From positions 819-64,818 of the forward strand of contig JAPYSD010000001.1 in NCBI GenBank assembly GCA_029936705.1: 64,000 bases of DNA, in the 5' to 3' direction. Origin of the DNA: Croceicoccus sp. Lineage in GTDB: Bacteria > Pseudomonadota > Alphaproteobacteria > Sphingomonadales > Sphingomonadaceae. Shown one piece after another: positions 42,715-53,711 of the stretch (position 1 is the first letter of the stretch; each line of letters opens with the position of its first letter). The notes under the pieces are model-generated. The model saw only the letters and a list, made by a program, of their open reading frames with translations. It had not been told where the DNA came from and did not search any database. The translations under genes and the position numbers were made by a program.

Positions 42715-43262
42715 TGCGTACCGATTGAAACCTACCAAGCGCTCGCACCGAAACGCTGGAAGTGGTTCTGCGCCAGTGGAAGTTAGTCCAGACGGTACGC
42801 GAGACGTTCTCCTGCCGGGACTGCGAGACGATTACGCGCAGCCGGCGCCGTTCCATGTCGTGCCGTGCGGATTGCCGGGGTCCAGCTTCCTCATGTTACT
42901 TTTTGCGAAGTGCGGTTAGCGCCAGCCCCTCAATCGGCATGCCGAGCGCTTTGCGCGCAAAGGTTGCGCAGAACACCTCGACCTTGGCCGGACAGGTCGG
43001 CAGCGGCACCTTCGCACCCATTCCGCTCTATCGGGAGATCGAGGCCCATATGCTGGCTGCAACCCGGCTGCAGGGCAACGATACCACCGTGCAGGTCATG
43101 GTGAAGGGCACTACCGATACGGCGCGTCTGTGGATCTATGTGTGCGATGACCGGCCAATTGCCGGCTGCGATCCCCTTTATTACCGCGATTAGCGCGATG
43201 AGCATCCGCGGTCGCACCTGGCGTTCTCGGCAGGGAAATCTGGAGGCCGATGCTTACGGCGT
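42715..43262 (+). pseudogene. IS66-family transposase fragment
   Basis: RQWKLVQTVRETFSCRDCETIT, DTTVQVM.KG.TDTARLWIYVCDDRP, EADAYG, with multiple frameshifts. Confidence 0.85.
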
Positions 43263-43519
43263 GTCGCCGGCCATGCAATTCGTCGCAAAAGCGGGAATTG
43301 AAAATTCCCTAGTTGCCGATCGTGATTGGCCAACGAGCCGGGCTTAACTCCGGCTCATTGGATGGCTCTAACGTCGGTGCGATTACCTCCACAGGAGGCG
43401 CTGCCGATTACCGGGTGATGAATGTCCATGGCCTGCTGCTCCATCGCCATAGCGGCAAGGCAGACGAGCGTCGCCACGACGGGCGCGTGGCGGTCGATAC
43501 CCGCAACACCCGGTGCTCT

Positions 43520-43914
43520 GACGCAGCCGATCTCATGACTGCCACCGTCGAGCATCGCTTCGGCCGAGTGAACCGGCTGCCTACCACCATCGAATGGCTG
43601 ACGGATAACGGCAGCTGCTACACCGCAAAGGAGACCCGCCGCTTCGCCCGGGAGATCAACCTCCGGCCGCGCACCACACCCATCAAAAGCCCGCAGTCCA
43701 ACGGCATGGCCGAGGCGTTCGTGCGAGCCATGAAACGCGACTTCGTCCGCTTCGCCGAAAAGCCAGACGCAAGGGCCGTCAATCAGCCACCTGCCAAGCG
43801 GGTTCCACCACTACAAATTGCCCACTTGCATCGCGCCCTTGGCTATCTCGCAACGCGCGAATACATCAACCGTTCAATGAGTGAAGAACTGTCCGGGAGT
43901 TAAGGGGCAACGAC
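43520..43914 (+). mobile_element. IS3-family (IS2 group) 3' fragment
   Basis: IEWLTDNGSCY, SPQSNGMAEAFVRAMKRD, end sequence TGTCCGGGAGTTAAGGGGCAAC. Confidence 0.85.
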
Positions 43915-43916
43915 TA

Positions 43917-45088
43917 ATACCAACCTGCAATGATCAGAACCTACGCGCCCATTTGCGGCGACCGATAGTCATGATGCGCCATGGCTGATCAACGAGCTTG
44001 TACCAAGCCTCGCAGCAATGGTCGACGATGTTGTCGTGAGAGGTGAAGATGCGGTTGGAGAGCCAATTGTCGCGCATGAACTGCCAGATGTTCTCGACCG
44101 GGTTCAGTTCGGGGCATTTGGCTGGCAGCGCGACGATGCTGATGTTGGCGGGCACCTTGAGCTTGCCGGTCATGTGCCAACCGGCCTGATCCATCAGCAC
44201 GACAGCATGCGCACCGGGTGCCACCGCCAGCGCGATCTCGGCCAGATGCAGCGTCATCGTTTCGGTGTTGCAGAAGGGCAGAACCAGTCCGGCACCCTTG
44301 CCCTCCTCGGGACAGATGGCTCCGAAGATATAGGCTGATCTGGTGCGCTGGTCCTTGGGGGCAGATGGCCGCGTGCCGCGCTGCGCCCAGCGGCGGGAGA
44401 TGGTGTTCTTCTGCCCGACGCGCGCCTCGTCCTGGAACCAGATCTCTATGGGCGTGCCCTGCGGGAGGTTGGCTCGGATCTCTGCCACCGCCGAGGCAAA
44501 GCCCCCTTTTTGAATGCCTCCATGGCGTGTCCGTTCTGCGCATGGTGACGGGGCCGGGCGGTCAGCTTCACATAGCCCAGTTTCTTCAGTTCACGGCTGA
44601 CAGTAGTCTCGTCGAGCGACACCGCGAATTCCTCGTGCAGCCAATGCGCCAGGTCGATCAGCCGCCAGCGCACGACGCCATGGATCGCCGGGATAGGCCC
44701 GCGCTCGACCGCCTCGACCAGTGCGCGTCGCTGCGCATCATTAAGGATCGATGCCTTGCCTGGGGCCTTGCCGTCCAGCAGCCCGTCAGGACCGCGGGTA
44801 TTGAAGCGGATCACCCAGTTCCGGACGATCTGAAGGGTGACACCCCCAATCCGCGCTGCCTCGCTCCGGCTACCACCATCGTAGATCTGGGCCAGTGCCA
44901 GCAATCGCCGGGCCTGCGGCGCGCTCTTCGAGTTCCGTGCCAGTCGCCGAAGCGCCGGTCCGTCGAAATCATCCCGCAAGCCAATCGCCCGACCCATTAT
45001 CGCGTCCTCCCTAATGCAGGACGCTATTGAGTCAGACCTTCGCCACCTTGGGAATCCCCAAATGAGTCAGCCTCAGCGCAGGTTGGTA
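43917..45088 (-). mobile_element. IS630-family element with two overlapping ORFs (44446-44997, 43934-44488)
   Basis: Terminal IRs TACCAACCTGC / GCAGGTTGGTA with flanking TA; DDE motifs FQDEARVG, MDQAGWH, PELNPVENIW; -1 shift at AAAAAGGGGG. Confidence 0.92.
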
Positions 45089-45094
45089 TAAACC

Positions 45095-45184
45095 CTTGCG
45101 CGCATTGCCGGACATTCTGCCCGCCGGATTGACGAACTACTGGTCTGGAACTGGGAACCTAGGCACACCAGGCTCGCGGTCTGA
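45095..45184 (+). pseudogene. IS66 transposase C-terminal tail
   Basis: LARIAGHSARRIDELLVWNW. Confidence 0.7.
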
Positions 45185-45634
45185 TGCTGCACGTCAACAA
45201 GCTCCACTTGGTCTGCACGATCGCGTTCGTAGCGCGTAATCTGAGCGTCGAAGTGGATCTGCTTGCTAAACTCACGGTGGGCATGGACCCGGAAGACGGA
45301 CCGATCTGAGTCTGCAGTCCCGATCATCCAGACGGGGTGATGCCTTTTACCAAATACAGCGTCGTAAGCCTCATGACATTCTTTGCCGATCACGTCAGGT
45401 AACCCTGTTGTCGCCGCCACTGGATAGGTACGCGCGGGAGGATTTTCACCAGTGTTGTCTTACAAATCCATACGACGCGATGGCATCGTCAACCACTCAT
45501 GGGACGCTTGCCGTTCTTACATACCGCAGTTGTGCGACGATGAACGACAGCGGGACGCCGCCAGAAATGAAGCTTGAGTAGCCTCTATTTTTCTAAACGC
45601 CGTTTATCCTAATATTCAGGACAGGAGACGGAGA

Positions 45635-45990
45635 AGGGGAGGGCTAATCACGACGATGAGTTCAAGCGAGATGCGGTGGTGCAGATCACCGAGCGTGGGT
45701 AATCGCAAGCGGAGATTTCTGAGCGGCTCGACGGAATCAACATTCGCTGTATGCGTTGAAAGGGGCAATGGCGCAGGCGGTTTGAGGCGACGCCAATACG
45801 GATGCAGATCCCCCGGTTGAAGCGCGAGTTGTTCCCAGTAACCGCGGAGCGCGATATCTTTTAAAGCCACCGCGTATTTCGCTACGAATGCAATGCGAGA
45901 TACGCTCGAAACCACCGACGTAACCCCCTTATGTAAGGGGTCAGATCTTCACTTGCTCAAAGGGTCAAATCCTCCGTTCTTTGGACACGG
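45635..45990 (+). mobile_element. Degraded IS3 orfA fragment followed by a possible IS21-type end
   Basis: DEFKRDAVVQITERG*, ERDIF*ATAYFA; repeated GGGTCA.ATC motifs at 45937-45972. Confidence 0.6.
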
Positions 45991-46547
45991 AACCGATCTA
46001 GACTTGAACCGGGCTGACCCCGCTGTGGAACGCAGAGAGGCTTAGAGCCCCTTTGCATCCAGTCCTTATCCTATCGCTTTTCCAATTTCCCGGCCAAATT
46101 TATCCTCATTAGCTGGACTTGTAATCCACTTCGAATTCCAACGGGCAATCCGTCAGCTACATCCACGATATGGTCTAGTTAGGCGCAACACCTCAAAGTC
46201 ATATACACGTTCCGAGCTTATGACTTTGTTGCGTCCTGCGCCATCAATGGCTCCGGAAGAGGCTCGCTTCGCTCGCACGTCGACCTGCGGTCTCCTTGGG
46301 GGCAGGCCTGTTAGCAGCCGGGGCGGCACCTTCGGCGCCTTGGGTTTGCTTTTTACGAACGAGACGCGCTGCGGCTTTGGCCTGCCTCACGGGACCAGCC
46401 GACGCGATCCCCGCGGAGCCACTTGGCGACCGCGCTTCGATGAATTTTGGGCTCACCGTACGAGGCGATTTCTCGTTTCCAGATCGCTAATAGGATAATT
46501 CAAAACTCGACGCGGGGTTTTGGCTATCTCATCCTATAAGTGGTCCC

Positions 46548-49500
46548 ATGACATATCGACATGAAGACCGCGAACTCCACGCTGCGCGCGAGAGTCTAAA
46601 ATCGCTGACCGATAAGAGCGAAAGCTTGCGGGAGGCCGGGGGTAATCTCGACCGCAACGGAGAGCCCAGCTTGACCGCCACCCGTGGAGGTTCAACCGTC
46701 AAGCCATCGTCATCCGATCCTTCAGCTGCAGCGCGAAAAAGTTTTCGAGGCGCCGAGGCTTTGGATGTGCCCACAAAGACAGCATTCACTCTCGGTGATC
46801 GGCATATCACTGGCGACACGGGCGGACGAGCCGTCCGACAGCAGAAGCCGATGGGCTGGCTCGAGCCCGAGCGACCAAAAAAGGGCGAGGAAGCATCCCG
46901 CCGTTTCACCAAGCTGAACATTCCAGCGGCTAGGCCACTTCGTGCAGCAAACGCCGCTGGCGCTACCAGCTTCCATTTCTCACACGAGGCGATCAGCAAA
47001 ACCCGCGCAGAGAAAGTCACCGCACGCGGCACCAAAAACCGCAAGGGGGCAGCTGCTGATCACACCAGCTATATTGAGCGCGATGGCGCGCTCGCTAAGG
47101 GAAGCCGGACCGAGCTCGACAAGATCCAGGCTGAGCTGATCGAGCAGGCCAAAAACGACCCGGAATTAGCGCGTAGCCTATCGCTTGATCTTACTCCATC
47201 CGCAGAAGCCTCTCAGGAACCCTCTCAGCGCCTTCCGGACGAACCTTGCGCCGGGGGCAGGGCGAGTGCCTACATCGAGCGAGAAGAGGCCCTGGCGCAC
47301 GATCCAAACGGGTCTGCGGTTCTGTTTTCCAATATCTCTGACGATCCTGTCGAGCGCCGTGAATTCTGGAAGCTGGTCGAACAAGCCGAGAGCAATCCCT
47401 CTGCCGATAAAATGCAGCTCCGCATCGCCGGCAACGAAGAGTTCTGGTCGAAGGTCAGCGCGGACGAGGATTGCCCCAAGCCCGTTCGCGATGCCATCGA
47501 AGCGGCGGACCCGAATGAGATCGTCAAGATCACTACGCAAGATAACGTCGCCATGCGCGCCATCATGAAACGTCATGGCTGGAAGCCTCGTGAGCGCCGG
47601 CCCGCCAATGAGACCGACGAACAGAAAGCCGCTCGCGAAGAGCGCGAAGCGGGTTCGGGCTTCGGTGCCAAATTTGAGGACGGTCGGGGCGGCCGCGTAC
47701 AGTTCAGAATTGTCGGCGAATTGCCGCACGAAGTGTCACACGAAGCCCGCGTTCGGATCCTCAAAGATTTTACACGCGAGTTCGAAGCCAGGAACTTGCC
47801 GCACATCGCAGTCATGCATGCGCCTGATCACACGAACGATGATCGAAACTGGCATTTCCATCTGGTCTATCATGACCGGCCGGCCCGACGCTTCACTGGA
47901 CTTGCGGAAAACCACATCATTGAGCCAGCGCCGGATGCCGCAAAGCAGGTTAAAGATCGACATGCAATTGCACAGGCGGCGATGGCTACGGATCTTTCCG
48001 AGTACCTCGGTGCTTGGGATTTCTCAGTTCCCTACAGCTACGTTCAAAAATCGTGCCGCAACCGAAAGACTGCGCACCCCTTTGCGCAACCCAAAGACCG
48101 CGACTGCAACAAGCGTGATTTCATACCGCTGCTTCGTCGCAATCTGGCGCATCTGACCAACCGAGAACTCGAAGCTGAAGGCATAGACCGCCGGGTCGAT
48201 CCGCGCCGCTATTCCGAGATGGGGATCCACAAAGAGAGCGACGAGCATCTTGGCACCCAGGCTGCTTCGCTGGAATCGAATGGCGTTCCCACCGAAACTG
48301 GCGTCCGCAATGAGGCGAACCAATGGGAGTTCATCCAGCGCAAACTCGAAGCACAGTCCCATGCCGACCAGGCGAGGATCGACCAGCAGCTCAAGGTATG
48401 GCGCGCTGGCCTCAGCGCTGCCCAGCTATCCGACCAGGATCGCAAAGACGTCGACCGTGAGCTGATCCGCTGGGAGCAGTCCGAACGCGTGGCCGCTGAG
48501 CACCGCGCAATCGCAAAACAGATGGCCGAGAATATCGACCGCCTTCGCTCGCGTGCGAACAAGGTTGCGAAGATGGCGAAGAAGCATCTCGGCGCCATCG
48601 AAGACGGACGCGCGACCAAGCGTCAGAAGAGCAGCAAGCCGAGATACCAGGCCAAGCTCACCGAGGCCGAGATGCATCTTGCCGGTCTCGAGATCATGCT
48701 GGGCCGGGAGATTGCTCAGATCACCACCAGCAATGAAGCCGCCGTGCGTCATTCGCGCACCGCCGAGACCGCAAAACTCATTATCGAAGGCCACATCGAA
48801 CTTGGCGGCCAGTTGCAGATCTCCAACGAACAGTCTGTGACACCGGTCCCGTCCAAAGACATCCAGCAAGCAAGCGCGCCAACCACCGAGCAAAAACCAG
48901 CAGCCGTTGCTGCTCCTGCGGTCGGCAACTCGTCCATCGACGGCTACATCCAACGGATTGTGGAACTCAACCGCCGTTTGGTCCCGAGCCGGAAGGGTAT
49001 CGTGCCACGTGATCGCGTATCGACGGACATGCCGATCATCAACGCGCCGAACTATGCATCTGCGCAAAAACGCCTCGCCAAGATCATGGATCATCAGCAG
49101 ACCGCGATCCGCAATCTCGTCTCCGCATTCCAGAGAAACCCCGGCATGGTCCAGTTCCGGCTGGAACCGAGCGACCGCGATTACATCCTCACCAATGCCG
49201 AGCGGTTCAAAATCGCAACCCCCGACCGTGCGCTGCAAGCCGCTTTTGTAAACTTCGCCGAAGAACCCGAAATCGCTGCCGAACTGAAGAAGGCGGAGAC
49301 GCGATTGCTTGCCGAACGGGCGGCCAGGTCCGCACAGGCTTCTGCAAGCAAGGCCGAGGACAAGACCGCAGAGTCCTCCGCGTCCGTCGGGGCTGCTAAG
49401 CCTGCTCAGCCGAATGCGCCAGACAAGATCCCTACGTGCCAGCCTGCCAATGATCATTCGCAGATCATCGAGACAATCCGCTCAAAACACCTTCGGCCGA

Positions 49501-50360
49501 AAATCACGAAGACAGAAGCCGGCCTCGAGATCGCCTTCAGCAAAGCGGATGCGGCCCTTTACAATCTGCCTGCAGATATCGTCGTCGATGATTTGCGGTC
49601 CGTCGCGCGGATCGAGGGCATTGCACGTACGCATGATCGCGCGGTGAATCGCCTGATCGCCTATATGGCGAAAAATCCGTCGAAGGTCGAAGGACGCGAA
49701 GACGGACATACCCATAAGCTTGCCGATACGACGCCGGCCGAATTGCGCGATATCTCGAACCGGTTTTCGCGGGATCCCGAAGTTGCCCTCGCACTGCAAA
49801 ATGCCTTGGCTAAAGCGCACATGGAAACGTCCGATCCGCGCAAAACGCCTGCAACAGAAGTGCCCGCTAAGCCCGTGCCGCAAAAGAGTGGGGAAGGGGA
49901 CTTCGGTGTTTTTAGGATCGAAGATGGCAAGATCGTCATTCCGACGCAGGATCTCCCAGAAGTCGAAATACCCGATTGGCGGACCTACGAGCCGAGCGGC
50001 TACGACAATCGCGCTCCCAGGAAAGACGAAGATCAGAAGCCGAAGGAACGCGAACGCACGACCATCAGGATCGACCCGTCGCGCGCACACGAATTCGCAA
50101 GTTCGAACGAGCCTGCCCAAACCCGCAAGCTCAAGTCTGGTATCGATCCAATCTTCGATCGCTGGATCAAGGCCAACGATTCCGGAGACCGCGAAGAGCG
50201 GGCCCGCTTGTCAGCTCTCGTTCGGCAGAATGAGAAGCTCCGGGAAATCGCACAGTCGGTGGAACCGGGATATGCCGCGAGTTTCAAAGCGGATTGGGAA
50301 CGCCATGATGAGCAAATGCGAAACACGTTTCCACCGCCAAATCTCGGCCGAGAACTGTGA
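46548..50360 (+). CDS. MobA/MobL-family (MOBQ) relaxase with long C-terminal extension
   Basis: YIER motifs, FWKLVEQAE, RIVGELPHE, AVMHAPD...RNWHFHLV (HUH), RVDPRRYSEMGI...HLG. Confidence 0.88.
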   Translation: MTYRHEDRELHAARESLKSLTDKSESLREAGGNLDRNGEPSLTATRGGSTVKPSSSDPSAAARKSFRGAEALDVPTKTAFTLGDRHITGDTGGRAVRQQKPMGWLEPERPKKGEEASRRFTKLNIPAARPLRAANAAGATSFHFSHEAISKTRAEKVTARGTKNRKGAAADHTSYIERDGALAKGSRTELDKIQAELIEQAKNDPELARSLSLDLTPSAEASQEPSQRLPDEPCAGGRASAYIEREEALAHDPNGSAVLFSNISDDPVERREFWKLVEQAESNPSADKMQLRIAGNEEFWSKVSADEDCPKPVRDAIEAADPNEIVKITTQDNVAMRAIMKRHGWKPRERRPANETDEQKAAREEREAGSGFGAKFEDGRGGRVQFRIVGELPHEVSHEARVRILKDFTREFEARNLPHIAVMHAPDHTNDDRNWHFHLVYHDRPARRFTGLAENHIIEPAPDAAKQVKDRHAIAQAAMATDLSEYLGAWDFSVPYSYVQKSCRNRKTAHPFAQPKDRDCNKRDFIPLLRRNLAHLTNRELEAEGIDRRVDPRRYSEMGIHKESDEHLGTQAASLESNGVPTETGVRNEANQWEFIQRKLEAQSHADQARIDQQLKVWRAGLSAAQLSDQDRKDVDRELIRWEQSERVAAEHRAIAKQMAENIDRLRSRANKVAKMAKKHLGAIEDGRATKRQKSSKPRYQAKLTEAEMHLAGLEIMLGREIAQITTSNEAAVRHSRTAETAKLIIEGHIELGGQLQISNEQSVTPVPSKDIQQASAPTTEQKPAAVAAPAVGNSSIDGYIQRIVELNRRLVPSRKGIVPRDRVSTDMPIINAPNYASAQKRLAKIMDHQQTAIRNLVSAFQRNPGMVQFRLEPSDRDYILTNAERFKIATPDRALQAAFVNFAEEPEIAAELKKAETRLLAERAARSAQASASKAEDKTAESSASVGAAKPAQPNAPDKIPTCQPANDHSQIIETIRSKHLRPKITKTEAGLEIAFSKADAALYNLPADIVVDDLRSVARIEGIARTHDRAVNRLIAYMAKNPSKVEGREDGHTHKLADTTPAELRDISNRFSRDPEVALALQNALAKAHMETSDPRKTPATEVPAKPVPQKSGEGDFGVFRIEDGKIVIPTQDLPEVEIPDWRTYEPSGYDNRAPRKDEDQKPKERERTTIRIDPSRAHEFASSNEPAQTRKLKSGIDPIFDRWIKANDSGDREERARLSALVRQNEKLREIAQSVEPGYAASFKADWERHDEQMRNTFPPPNLGREL

Positions 50361-50714
50361 GGTACCGTGTCGGTTCAATTCGAAGATTGGCGATCCGTCG
50401 ACCATGAACTGCCATCAAAGAGGAGCTGGGCCGAATGGCGAGGTCTGAGACATCGCTGCCGTTTGACAGCGATCTGTCGAACGGCAGTTTTGCCAAAAGC
50501 TGACAATCAGTCTGTACTGAACTGGCTCACGACAGTGGCAGAAGCTGGCCGATTACGGACCGTCAGCTTTCACACATTATTTGTCCAAAGCAGACGGTGA
50601 CTTTAGTTAATCGCTTAGACTAGGAGCGGGCACGTTGTGCTCCTAACCTTTTTTCAACTTGGCGACATTCACTGCGCCTCTGTAGCTTCTTAGGTCCTGC
50701 CGATCGGTCATCTT

Positions 50715-51548
50715 CTAGTTCTTGTAATCGCCAGCGCAGAAGGCGTCGTTGGTTGAGGCAGCTCGATATGCAGCCGCTTCGAGAGTATTTCCGTGGCGGG
50801 CGAAGTGCTTATCCGCCTCCGACGCGAAGTGCACCTTCAAGCCACCCGCCCCGAGATCAGCGAGGTATTGCTCTACGTCGGCTTGCAACTCGATCAAGAC
50901 CCTCGCGGACCTCACCCGCATCCGGCTGTCGAGTGACAGAGTGTCAAAGTGGTAAGCGAGGCGGGGCGCGATGTTCCCATGCTGGGCTTCGTCCAATTGG
51001 ACGCGGAACTTCAAGACGGGGCCGTCCGCCGTCCGGTCAATCGCCGCGAAGAGCCACGGCTGCACCGGAAGCCGGTCGAAGTAGGGGTGTAAGAGTGAAT
51101 GCCGGGCGTCCACCGGAAGCAGTTCCAGCTTGATGTGGTTGCAGGGGTGGCAAATCGGTACGAGGTTGCCAGGATACATCACGACGTCTCGGTGATGAGC
51201 CTGCGGCAGAAAGTGATCGATCTCGTAGATTTCGCCGTCCAAGCAATACGGGCAGGTTGAGGTTGAGACGATCAGGTCATCGTATGTCGAACGGCAGATG
51301 CCCTTCCTTGAGACGATGCGCTTCTTGTAGAGCGCTCCCGCGAGCGCCTCCTCTTCCGCCGTTAGGTCGATTTTGACCACTGCGTGTGGTCCTTCGTTCT
51401 GCATCGTGGCATCGTAGGCTTCGGTCGCAGCCACCATGCGATCCTCGATGCCTTCCAGCACCGCCTTATCCGCATTGCGCTGCGTCTGCGAGATCGCCTT
51501 TCTGTAGAGTGCGCGGTAGTCAATCGCCGGTCGGTTTAGGGCCCGCAT
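50715..51548 (-). CDS. HNH endonuclease (PtuB-like)
   Basis: CPYC...IDHFLPQ...NLVPICHPCNHIK, LHPYFD. Confidence 0.9.
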   Translation of the reverse strand: MRALNRPAIDYRALYRKAISQTQRNADKAVLEGIEDRMVAATEAYDATMQNEGPHAVVKIDLTAEEEALAGALYKKRIVSRKGICRSTYDDLIVSTSTCPYCLDGEIYEIDHFLPQAHHRDVVMYPGNLVPICHPCNHIKLELLPVDARHSLLHPYFDRLPVQPWLFAAIDRTADGPVLKFRVQLDEAQHGNIAPRLAYHFDTLSLDSRMRVRSARVLIELQADVEQYLADLGAGGLKVHFASEADKHFARHGNTLEAAAYRAASTNDAFCAGDYKN

Positions 51549-51549
51549 A

Positions 51550-53091
51550 TCAGTCCCTCTTATAGGTGAGAGCACGCAAAAGCGCGCGGCCCTCTGCGCC
51601 GATCTGGTAGTCGAATGTAGCTTCGACCTCTTCGAAGTTGTTGGAGTGGGCTTCGTCGCTCAGCAGCCTGTAGAAGCCGCTCTTCTCCACCTCGAGCCCG
51701 AACACTTTTCGGGTAAGGACGCTGACGTTCTCAGCGAAGGTCTCCTCCTTGGGGCGCTCAGCCCGGAGGGAGTCGCCGCTTCCGAGAAGCCGCCACACAC
51801 ACTTCGCGGGAACCTCCTGCAGGACAACCGGGGAATGCGATGCCACGATCGCCACAGCATTGACCTCAAGAAGTAGCTCGGAGAGCACCCGGATGAACGA
51901 GCCTAGCAGTGGCGGATGCAGGTGTGTTTCCGGTTCATCCAACAGCACAAGCGACCGGTCGCTGACGTTCTCGATCAGCCGCGTAACGGTGAGTAGGACG
52001 ATCTTATGGCCCGAGCTCATGTGCGGGATCTGGAGCTTTACACGATCCCGCGCGGACTCGCCGTCCTCTCCCGCGACCTCGTATGCGCGCAGGTCGCGGA
52101 TACCCGGGTCCGATGAGAGCGTCTTCAGCGCTTTGACCCAGCGGCCGGTGCGCTTCTCGTCCTGGAAGATCGTGTCGAGTGCCTCGCGGAGGTCATCGTT
52201 GAGGTCCTCCGTCGACTTAACTCCGATCTTGCTTGTCGGTTTACCGCTCTCGTCGTCGAGGAAGCGCTTCACGCCAACATAGTAGTAGGGAAGCGACTTC
52301 TCGGTGCGTGCACTCCCGCCAGCGATTGGGTCGAATCTATCGAATGCGCTGAACGACACGATGACGAGGTTCAGGAAGTCGCTGCTTGGATTGAAGATAG
52401 GCTCGTCGAACTCGAACCGCCCGGCGAGGCCAAAGGCTGCAGCCTGATTGTCGGTCAACGCGTCCGCCATGCCGGCAAGGATGCGTGTCTTGCCGACACC
52501 GTTGCGGCCGATCAGGACGTGAATGTTCGTCGGCGGCTTCTGCCCCGGCTTCACCACGAAACGGAGCGAAAGCGGCGGCGCTGAGGGGGCAGCACCGTCC
52601 TCGGACTCCAGCACATAGTCGAAAGCAAAGGTCGTAAGTACCGTCTCACCGCGGAGGATGCGCGGGTAGACGACTAGCACGTCGCTCTCTGACGAGTTCC
52701 GCAGCAGCGAGACCTGGAGCGCCGGCTCGCCCTTGAATCGCTGGTAGCGGGCGGGGTCGAAGGCGAGGTCCCTGAGCCCGCGCAGAATAGCCTCGCGCGA
52801 GGCCCAAGGCATCTTCATGAGCATAAGGTAGTAGTTACGGTCGTTTCCCAGCGAGCAGTGTGCGTCGCTCAGCCCCCCCGTTGGCAGATCCAAATGGACG
52901 ACGCCTGCCTCCTGGCCGCGAAACATGATCTGTGTTGCGCCGAGGTCATGCTCCAGCCCGTCCTCGTCATAAGCGGTGACCTCGTAGGTCGTCTTGAAGC
53001 CGAAGTCGTCCCAATTGTTCCAGGTGAGATAGCAGACGCCCCGTGTCCCAGCCGGGGTGCCGCCGCGCCGCTCGCGCATATAGAATTTCAC
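51550..53091 (-). CDS. ABC/AAA-type ATPase (PtuA-like)
   Basis: Walker A GRNGVGKT, signature MSSGHK, Walker B LVLLDEPETHLHP, H-loop ASHS; GTG start after GGAGGA. Confidence 0.92.
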   Translation of the reverse strand: MKFYMRERRGGTPAGTRGVCYLTWNNWDDFGFKTTYEVTAYDEDGLEHDLGATQIMFRGQEAGVVHLDLPTGGLSDAHCSLGNDRNYYLMLMKMPWASREAILRGLRDLAFDPARYQRFKGEPALQVSLLRNSSESDVLVVYPRILRGETVLTTFAFDYVLESEDGAAPSAPPLSLRFVVKPGQKPPTNIHVLIGRNGVGKTRILAGMADALTDNQAAAFGLAGRFEFDEPIFNPSSDFLNLVIVSFSAFDRFDPIAGGSARTEKSLPYYYVGVKRFLDDESGKPTSKIGVKSTEDLNDDLREALDTIFQDEKRTGRWVKALKTLSSDPGIRDLRAYEVAGEDGESARDRVKLQIPHMSSGHKIVLLTVTRLIENVSDRSLVLLDEPETHLHPPLLGSFIRVLSELLLEVNAVAIVASHSPVVLQEVPAKCVWRLLGSGDSLRAERPKEETFAENVSVLTRKVFGLEVEKSGFYRLLSDEAHSNNFEEVEATFDYQIGAEGRALLRALTYKRD

Positions 53092-53585
53092 GTGGTTCCT
53101 CCATCGGTTGTCCAAGGCGGATGGGTCCGCCGCGAACCGGGTAGAATCTAGCCCCGTCTTATTTTCTCTAGATCACGTGAATTCTTTAGATCACGTCTGT
53201 GCCCGGACGAAAGGTATGGTTCGAGCGTCGCGTACTCGGACCTAATCCCTCCATCTTATTGTGGTTGCCCTTCGACATGATCTCCACTCCCTTGCCGAGC
53301 CTAACGAGATGTCGGCGACATCGAATTTCGCAATGCCTCGTCCTATGGACGCTGCTACGAAAAGCTTGATTTCATAGTCAAAGCTCGTCGACGGAATCTG
53401 CGATTCCAGCGAAACTGCTCTATTAAGAACTGGGACTTCTAGATATCACAATGCCCTTGCTAGAGCTCTGAACGGAAAAAGCGGTCCGCCCCCGCTTAGC
53501 AATCAAATACCCTTTGGGTAGGACCCGCCGTTTTTGTTCGCCAGATAACCCGCAGGGCAGAGGCCCTGCGGGTGATTGTCGCATT

Positions 53586-53711
53586 TTATTCGTCGACGAT
53601 GATCGGGAAGGCCCGGATGCCATACTCACGTGCGTGGATGACCCGCCCGTTCTTGGTGATGGTCGAACGCCAGATGACGCGTTTACCGGGGGGAGGAGAA
53701 AATTTACGCAT
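53586..53711 (-). CDS. 41-aa small basic protein (absent from the ORF track)
   Basis: ATG...TAA encoding MRKFSPPPGKRVIWRSTITKNGRVIHAREYGIRAFPIIVDE; GAAAGA upstream; 11-bp hairpin at 53548-53573 downstream. Confidence 0.7.
   Translation of the reverse strand: MRKFSPPPGKRVIWRSTITKNGRVIHAREYGIRAFPIIVDE

Noticed and set aside
46244-46456. TraD/MobC-like gene divergent from the relaxase
   Set aside because: The position is suggestive but the sequence is low-complexity with no recognisable motif
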